From IMG/VR virus record IMGVR_UViG_3300037991_003035, positions 1 through 52,946 of that record: DNA of 52,946 nucleotides, one strand, 5' to 3'. This DNA comes from a virus. Taxonomy: Duplodnaviria; Caudoviricetes. This document shows, piece after piece, positions 25,288 to 34,200 of the stretch (the stretch's first letter is position 1; every line of letters begins with the position of its first letter). The translations under genes and the position numbers were made by a program. The notes below the pieces were generated by a model. It made no database searches. It worked only from the letters and a program-made list of their open reading frames with translations, and was not told the DNA's origin.

Positions 25288-28262
25288 TCTTCCATCTTAT
25301 CTAATACTTTAAGAACATCACTGCTATAATCTAGATATTGTCTTTCAGTCTGTTTCAATTTAGGCATAGTACCTTCAGCGGTTTTTATCATTCTTTTAAT
25401 AAAATCAGGATACTCAACTTCAAAAAGTCCTAAGTCTAAAGTAAATCTGTCTTTTTCTTTCTTAGGATACATACTAAATGTATTTCTACTTATTGCCGCC
25501 ATCTTACCATCAAAGGTTTTTGAAGAAGTAAATTGAGGACCAGTCTTTGTAAAAAGTCTTCTACCTTGTTCACCTCCAATAAATGGAAGAGGTGTAGCAA
25601 ATTGTATTTTTTGTAGCATAGTTAAATCTTGGTCTTTTTCTGCTGCATAACTTAAACCTAACAAAAAGTTTGCTGTATCATTATTTTGAATTACTCTATC
25701 TATACCAGTAATAGACATAAAATCTAATAAAGTATCAACAGTAGGTCCTAGATTACCAGCAACTGGACCTCTACCAAAATATTTTTGCATAAGTTCTTCT
25801 CTATTTTCTTCAGCAAATTCTTCTGGATTAGCTAAACTAGCAAGTTTTTCTAGTTCTTCATATGCTGCGTTTTCAACAATATTACCAGCATTTCCATTTA
25901 ATAAATCTCCAAAGGTTTCTATCATTAAGTATAAACCACCAAGTCTTGTCATTCTTCCAACAGCATCAGAACGTAATTGACCAGAAGCTACATCTCCTAG
26001 ACCTTGTTCTATCATTTTTTTCTGCATAATAAAATTACTAAACACATAATGTTTAAACTGTAATATCAATGAACCAACTTTACTTGTTTGTGCAAAAGAT
26101 TTTTGTGTTTGACTATAGTCATAATGTAAAAATGTTACAATGTTATCAGCATGTCTTTGTGCTAATCTTTGTCTATATTTATCAAATTCTAGTTCAAACT
26201 CAGTACGCTCTCTACCTAACAATTCATCTTGTACAGTTTTCGTTTGCATATCAGATATTTGTTTTTTACTAAAACTACTACCATCTTTATTTTTTAATTG
26301 TCTTTTAAATCTTTCTCTTAATACAGATAAAGTAACATCGTTTTCTTGTCTTATCCATTCTTGAGTATAAGCAAAATCATAAGTAGTGTTTCTATTAATT
26401 TGATTTTCTACTGTTTGCATAAGTTCACCAGAACCTCTAGCTATTCTACTCATACCACTATCTATACTATCTATTATACCATCGTGAGTAGCATTTCTAT
26501 AAAAACCATCTTCTCCTTTTACTATTGGCATATGCATATCTGCATAAGTTTCTTGAATGTTTACATTAAATACACCACTTCTTTTTCTACCAGCAATGAT
26601 TCTTTTTCCTAAATTTTCTCTAGTGTTTTTTATATTTCTCAATTGAGCCATACCTAATGCTCCAAAATAAACATAATTAAATGTCCATTGTGATGCATTT
26701 TTAATAGCTGTTTTAAGGTTCCAACCTAGTTTAGTTGCAAATTGATAGTTAGTAGCTATACGAACCAACTTGTCACTAAGAGTATTATAATCTCCACTTG
26801 ATTGTGTTTCAAACAATCTATGCATATACTTTGTTAACATATCTACTGATTTGTCAAATTTTTCATATTGTAATGGCTGGTCTGGGTTAAAAGGTCTTCT
26901 TGCTTTAAGCGCAGCTACCTCACTTAACGCAACCATATATGCATTTGCGTTATCAATAGTGTGTAAAAACTTTACAGTATTTTTATTATAAGATTCTAAT
27001 ACTGGAAATATATTAAAATCTTGTTTTGCAGTTCCAATATCAGTATTAATTTTACTAGCTGTATATAAATTATTTTGCATGATTTTATCTAAAGCTAAAA
27101 AACCATCCATGGCTTCATCTATTTCAGCTCCTTTACCAGAAAACATTTTGTAAAAATTACCTTCTATTTGTGGTAATACTTCTAATGTTAGTAAAGGTAA
27201 AATACCACTATCTTTTCTTTTTATTCTACCAGCAAAATCTTTATTTAATCTTTCTAAAACACCTAATACTTCTTCATATCTATGATGACTTTTAATATTA
27301 CTATCTTTAGTATTTTTTAATAAACTAGATAATTTGTCAACACCTTCAATTACATGTCCATCTCTTTTAACCATTAATGCTCTAAATTCTTCAGCTGCAT
27401 CTAATGTAGAAGGATGTATTCCATGTATTCTTTCAAATTTTTTGGCATCATTTTTTGCTAATTTTTTTAAATCATCAAATTTTTTACCTCCCATTAGCGT
27501 TAGTTTACTAAAATCTGCAAATACTTTTAACTCACCTTCCTTTGTTAAATAATCTAAAGAATTAACATAAGCTTTTCCACCATCTCCAGTATTAGCTAAT
27601 TTATCTGGTTTACCTTTTTCGTTACCACGAATATAATATTCTTGAGCAGCTGCTGGACCTGTAGCTCCATCAAATTCTTCTTTACCTTCTGCAATTCTTC
27701 TCCATCTATTTTGCATAGTAACAAGTTTATTTCTTAAAGTAAAACCTAGTTTAGCATCAATAACTTTACCAACATTTCCTATAGTAAATTCATTACTAGC
27801 AATTTTCATTTTACCAATTATAGATTGTATAGTTCTATCCCCTACTACTTGTCTACCATTAGCTCTTGTATTAGAATCTAAAATCTCTTGAAAAGCTTTT
27901 TTCATTGTAGGATTAGTTTTAAATATTTCAGATTTTAAATAAAAATCAGTAGTTCTAGTTAAACCTAAATTAGTTCCTGGAATAGATTCTAAGTTTTTTA
28001 TAAATTCTTTTTGTAATCTTTTTTGTACTTTTAATTCTTCAATAGTTGGAACTTCATATTCACCAAAGCCTTTACCACGTGTAGCTTCAAATTGTAATTC
28101 AGAATACATATTACTTATTTGAGAATCGCTATATTGTCTAACCAAAGGATTAGAATAAAATTCTTTAGCTAGTTTTCTATCTGAAGCAATTCTTCTTGCT
28201 AAATCACGATTTAATCTAACGTCTCTACTAAAAGGTGCGCATACTTTATCTACTATTGACAT
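25284..28262 (-). CDS. Large internal virion/ejection protein (992 aa)
   Basis: LGWNLKTAIKNASQ and LHYDYS...LILQFKHY resemble podovirus ejection-protein C-terminal regions; last gene of the late arm. Confidence 0.65.
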   Translation of the reverse strand: MSIVDKVCAPFSRDVRLNRDLARRIASDRKLAKEFYSNPLVRQYSDSQISNMYSELQFEATRGKGFGEYEVPTIEELKVQKRLQKEFIKNLESIPGTNLGLTRTTDFYLKSEIFKTNPTMKKAFQEILDSNTRANGRQVVGDRTIQSIIGKMKIASNEFTIGNVGKVIDAKLGFTLRNKLVTMQNRWRRIAEGKEEFDGATGPAAAQEYYIRGNEKGKPDKLANTGDGGKAYVNSLDYLTKEGELKVFADFSKLTLMGGKKFDDLKKLAKNDAKKFERIHGIHPSTLDAAEEFRALMVKRDGHVIEGVDKLSSLLKNTKDSNIKSHHRYEEVLGVLERLNKDFAGRIKRKDSGILPLLTLEVLPQIEGNFYKMFSGKGAEIDEAMDGFLALDKIMQNNLYTASKINTDIGTAKQDFNIFPVLESYNKNTVKFLHTIDNANAYMVALSEVAALKARRPFNPDQPLQYEKFDKSVDMLTKYMHRLFETQSSGDYNTLSDKLVRIATNYQFATKLGWNLKTAIKNASQWTFNYVYFGALGMAQLRNIKNTRENLGKRIIAGRKRSGVFNVNIQETYADMHMPIVKGEDGFYRNATHDGIIDSIDSGMSRIARGSGELMQTVENQINRNTTYDFAYTQEWIRQENDVTLSVLRERFKRQLKNKDGSSFSKKQISDMQTKTVQDELLGRERTEFELEFDKYRQRLAQRHADNIVTFLHYDYSQTQKSFAQTSKVGSLILQFKHYVFSNFIMQKKMIEQGLGDVASGQLRSDAVGRMTRLGGLYLMIETFGDLLNGNAGNIVENAAYEELEKLASLANPEEFAEENREELMQKYFGRGPVAGNLGPTVDTLLDFMSITGIDRVIQNNDTANFLLGLSYAAEKDQDLTMLQKIQFATPLPFIGGEQGRRLFTKTGPQFTSSKTFDGKMAAISRNTFSMYPKKEKDRFTLDLGLFEVEYPDFIKRMIKTAEGTMPKLKQTERQYLDYSSDVLKVLDKMED

Positions 28263-31200
28263 CTATTTACCTCTTGCCTTTACACATTTTTTACCAATTC
28301 TTTCATATCTAGCTTCATTCCATTCCATAAAATTACTTTTTGTTCTATTAACAAATGGTTTATCGCTAGGTATCAAGCCGCTATTTACATCTTCAAACAC
28401 ATAAACTCCTTTATCTATTGCTTCATATATTGCTGCAATTCCATTTACTCTATAATCTCCTCTACCAGCAAATTCATGAGCAATCAAACTATCTCCAACT
28501 AGACCACCTTTACGTGCTACACTTCTATATAAACCTGTACCTATACCAATATAAAATTGTTCGTAATAACTTAATCTACTCATACCGCTTTGGTTTATTT
28601 CATCTTGCAGTATATTAGTCATTCTTAATACACTATCATTATGTGTGTTTCCATATTCTGTAAAAGCACGAAACGCTTCTTGATTTCTTATAAATACTTT
28701 ATCTGATACTACAGATTCTAGGTTTGGTTTTTTACCATTAAGAACATCAACGACATCTCTACTTGTTTTAGCTAAATCTTTATTGAATTGTAAAGCTTCT
28801 GTTTTTTGATTAAATATATCTACTCTATGACTATTATTAAATCGTATTGCTAAGTTAATACGTTTAGACAAAGATTTATCATCTGATACAAATAAATATT
28901 TACCATTAAATTCTACAAATTTACCTGATTTTATATCTATATCAGGAGACATAATTCTACTTAGTACTATATCTATTTTATCAGCTAAACCATTTTCTTG
29001 AATAATAAGATATAGTTGTCTATCAAAATCATATTGTAAACTATCGTAGTCTTGGAATCCATATAATTTGCTTGTTCCATTAGTAGTTTCATAAAATTCT
29101 TTTTTATATTGACTAACAAAGTTATCTATTAATTTACTTTGTGCTTCTGTAATTTGTAAACCAGAACTTGCTATTCTTTGATTTAATACTCCAGCTGTAC
29201 TTCTACCTACAAATTCTGATAAGGTTTCTTCATACTTTCTTGGCTCTGTAATAAAATCTTTCATTTTTTCATTAACTAGCTCTCCTAGTTTTTTGTCAGA
29301 TAATTTTCCATGTTTATCATATATTTTTTTTATTCTAGCAACTAATTCTTTTTTAATATTTTCATCAAGGTCTTTAAATAGTTTGTTGTTTATTTCTTGT
29401 TTTAGTTCAGAATATTTTTTATCAAAACCTTTAGTTCTAGATGAATAATATTTAATTAAAGCATCTCCACTAAAATCATCTTCCCCATATTCTAATTTTT
29501 TACCAGCTTGTAATTCTTTTAATTTATCTAAATCAGAAAAATATTGTTCTTCAATTGCTTGTAATTTTATAGATGCATCGTGATAATTTTTTACGCCTTT
29601 AATAATATTTTCTGTTGCCTCACTAGCATCATCCATAAATTGAAAAGCTAATGTTTCAAACTCAGGTCCTTGATAGTCTAATCTATCTTTAATTTGTAAT
29701 TTATTAGCTGTAGTGTTTTGTTCATATAAAGAGCGTAACAATACATTTTGATAGTCTCTAGGAGATACATTTTTTAAATTTAAAGCGTTTTCATATGCTT
29801 TAGAACTTACTTGTCCAGCTAATCTCATAGTAAAACTACTATTAATATTATGTCCTCCAAAATCTAATTCATATAAATCTTTATACAAATCATCCCAAGC
29901 TTTTTGTCCTTGTCCTGCAGATTGACTTAAGATTAATTTTTTCATTTTTGCTTCAATAGATTGTTTAGCTAATGCTAAATCTTTATCGTAATTATCAATA
30001 ACCTTTACTCTTCTACTTGGACTAGCACTTCTTTTTCTACCTGTACTAAATTCACCACCACTATCTCTTAAGTATGTACTAAATATATTTACATATTCTC
30101 TTACAGCAAACATTTCATGGGGTTGAAATTCATCTGCTAACTTTAGTCCTTCTCCATCTACTCTTTCAAATATACCATCTTTACTAAAAAACAAATCATT
30201 CATAATAGTAGTTTTGCTTCCAAGTTTTTCTATATTATAACCACCAGTAGATATATCTAATGCTTTTTGATTGTACTCGTCTACTTTTGCTCCTATAATA
30301 GGGTCAATATTTTCTTTTACTCTTATATAAGTATTTTTTCCTATTTGCATAACAAGACCATTTGTTGGAAAAGGTTTTCCTCCTACGCCAGGAGTTCTAC
30401 TTTGTGTAGCTGTTAAAAATCTTAATATTTCAGGAAAGTTCATACCAGTTCCTTTAATTACAGCTTCATTTAATTTAGAGTTTTGTAATTCTGCAAACTT
30501 ATCTGAATCAGTAAGTGAAAAACCTTTATAATTATCAGGAGAACCTAGTGTATCTTGTGTATACATTTTTTTACCTAACAAATTATTAAAACCTTTCCAA
30601 ACATCTGCTGGTTGTGAGTACATACTTATAGTATCATCTATGTCGTAATCACCTTTTAACATATGAATAACATCTCCACTTGCTACAACTTTTTTATTTT
30701 TTTCTGATATACTTCCTATATCTTTAATTCCTTCTATAATAACACTACCTAGTCTTGTAATTGGATTTCTATAAGTTAAAGATGCTACCTGTACATCATC
30801 TACAACTTCAAAATAATCTACCAAGTCTTTTAATGTACTACCTTTTTTTGGTTTGTTTCTAACTAAATCGTCTAATTTTTTTACAGAAGAAGGAGTAAGT
30901 CCTTTTCTTAGTTCTTGGTCTCTCATTACATCTTTTAATTCAGTAATGTGTACAAGTCTATCTACGTCATTTTTATCTTTTAAAATTATAGCAAAATTAT
31001 CAACGTCTATTTCAGTTTGACCAGCATAATAAGACTCAGTAGTTTCACCATAACGTATAACACCTGTTTCATCTGCTATCATTGATTTTAATGAACCAGT
31101 AATATCTGGTTGTATAACTGCATTGTTACCGTGCTTAACCTTTGCATTTAAAACATATTCATCTGCAAACATATCAAAGTATTTATCATAAAACAAATAA

Positions 31201-34200
31201 GGGTCTACCCCTTCTTTTGCAAGTGATTGTAATACTCCAGGTTGAGAGTCTCTTAAATTTGTATCAGCATTTAGTTTATTACTATTTTGTTCAGTAAGAT
31301 ATAAAAAGTCTTCTATTGCTCCAGTTCTATCTGAATTATTCATATTTTTAGCTTTAGTATTATATGGTCTAATATTTTGTGTATAGTTATAAGAAACAAA
31401 TGCATTTAATGCCTCATCACCATTTTCAGCAAATGTTAAAAATCCTGTTAAATTAGGAGGCAACGCACCAGATTTTTTACCTTTACTAGACAATAAAGAT
31501 ATATCATTCATATTAAATTGAAATGAATTTGTGTCATCGAATGTTCTGTTAAAATCTTTTGCGGTATTAGGACTAAATATTCTTGAAGTTAAATCTGAAT
31601 TTATACCTTTAACTAAATCTTTTACACCACTTCTAGCTATAAAAATTATATTTTGTTGGTTTGCAGCCGTCATCATTTCTTGTGGAAAGTTTTTTGCACC
31701 TTGGTTTGGTATGTGTAATCCAGCTGTTTTCATTAACGCTATTTCATCTCCAACATCTTTATGTCCAATGTATTTTACACCAGACAATTCGCTAGTTTGA
31801 TTTAATGGAGTACCTAATAACATAGCTTCTAAATCATATAAATCAGTGGGTTTCATAGATGCTGCGTCTAATATACTTACATCTTCTTGTCTAAGTCTTT
31901 CTCTTCCTGCATCATATATTCTTTGGTCTCTTGCACTTAATGCATTATACTCTGTATCACTTAATTCTTTTTCTATATCTATATTAAATTCATCTTTGTA
32001 TTGTTTTATATCTCTTTTTCGTTGACTAAACATATCATTAATAGTTCCATCAGGTAATTCATCTTCAACTATTACAAATTTATAATCACCATTTACAACT
32101 TTATTTATTGTTGTTGCAACTTTGTTTAATGTAGGGTCTTTTGTGTCTTTTATAAATTCGCCTATTTGTCTCAATTGGTCACTATCAATATTTTTAGCTG
32201 ATTTGTTGTCATGTAGTTTAAATCTTTTTAGTGATTTAAATTGTTCTTCATCTGTTGCATTTCTTAAAGCTAACCATGTTTTTTCACCTAAACCAAATTC
32301 CATAGCTTTTTTACCATATGTTAAATCCATCATCATAGGTTGTATTAATTGAGTTATTTTTTTACCACTTATACTACCATCAGGATTTTTAGGTACTGCG
32401 TCAATGTCAAAAATATACTTTCCAGTATCTTCGTGTTTTCTTATATAAAAGTTTTCTTGTAATCCATCTAAAGCATTCTTACCCAGATTCTTTTTTCTCC
32501 ATTTTACATATCTATCAGCTATTTCATCTAATGCATCTATACCAGCTTTTTTATTTGTATCATTTATTCTAATTACAATATTTGTTTTTTCATTTAATCT
32601 AATTAAGATACCTTTGAAGCTTTCTAAATCTATATCATTTTCATCAAATTCTTCATCAATTCCTTTTTTTAAAGCTCTATTGCTTTTAAACCTATGATTA
32701 CCTGTTGCTAAATCATTTGCAATTTGATAGAAAAATTCATTATCATCTAAAGTTCTGTTTGCTCTATATACATTGTTAGCAAAACCATTATTGTTCATAA
32801 TAACTATTTTATCAGCTAAGGTACCATCTTCAAATATACCTCTTAAACTTTTTAATAATAAATTTTCTTGATATTGAAAATCTTCATAATTGCTAAATCC
32901 TCTACTACCATCGTATGTTACAGTTTTTAATACAACTCTATTTTCTAAGTTTGCACCTATAGCAATTAACTCTTGATTTAATTTTTCAACATCTACAAGA
33001 GGATTTGTTTCTATAATATTTTCACGCAATCTTTGTAAAAATACTTTAGTATGTGTTCTATTTCCGTTATTATCTACAAATCTACCATCATCTTTCATAA
33101 CTGAATATTTAGCATCTAAGTACTCTTTTATATTTACAGCATCTTTTGCTTTCTTAAAATGTTTACCTATAATAATACTATCTTCTCCATACTCAATTAA
33201 TAATTTAGAAATAGTGTTTGGAGATTCACTTAATTCTCTACTATGATTTAAATCAAAGTCTAACAACATTTCTTCTTTATCTTTTGGAGCCATCATATCA
33301 TCTATAATATTTCTTTCTTGTTCCGCAAATAATTGTTTCATTTTATCTTGATATATTTTTTCTGAAGAAATTGAATCATCAATTTTTTGCATTTCTTTCC
33401 AACTACGCAACTTTCTTTCGTTACTTAAAAATCCAGCTGTATTTAAATGGTTATAAAATTTTCTAAATTTATCATCACTATTTTCTATGTATTTTAATAT
33501 TTTACCTATAGTATCAATATTATCTGCTTCTAAATCTTTTACTTGTTTTTTTAGTGATTGAGCAAACATATTCATGTTGTCGTTATATTTTATAGTTTTA
33601 ATTTTTTCTATAGATTTTTTTAAACTATTTAATGTATTTATATCTTTAAAATACAGTGAACTATCTGTTACTTCTGTTAAATGTCCTGTCGTTATACCAT
33701 TTTCTGTTTTAAGTATATAAGGTTTAATAATTTCTTGAACTTCCATTATTAATTGTTTAGCTGCTTTATCAGCTTGTGATGCACTTAAATTATTATCAGA
33801 TTTAATTGTGTTTATAAAACTTGTTAAAAATTTTTTTGATTCACCAGATTCATAATCTTCTAAAAATTTTAAAAAATTCACTCCTTTTTGATGTTGACTA
33901 ATATCTAAGTCTGCTAAAATTCTTATATCCATGTGAATAGTATTAGAACTTCTTCCTTTAATTAAACTAAACTCTTCAAATGTTTCTAATATTGCTCTAT
34001 CTACATTAGTGTAAGATTGTAAATTTCCATCTACATTATATCTTTGATATTTTATCCATTGATTTTTCCATTCTAAATCTCCTATAAATGTTAAAAATGG
34101 AATATTAGGTCTATCTTTCATTCTAGAAAAAATACCAAAATCTTGTTCTACAAATAATTCTCTTAATTCGTTTACTTGAGCATTAGTTAATTTTTTTCTT

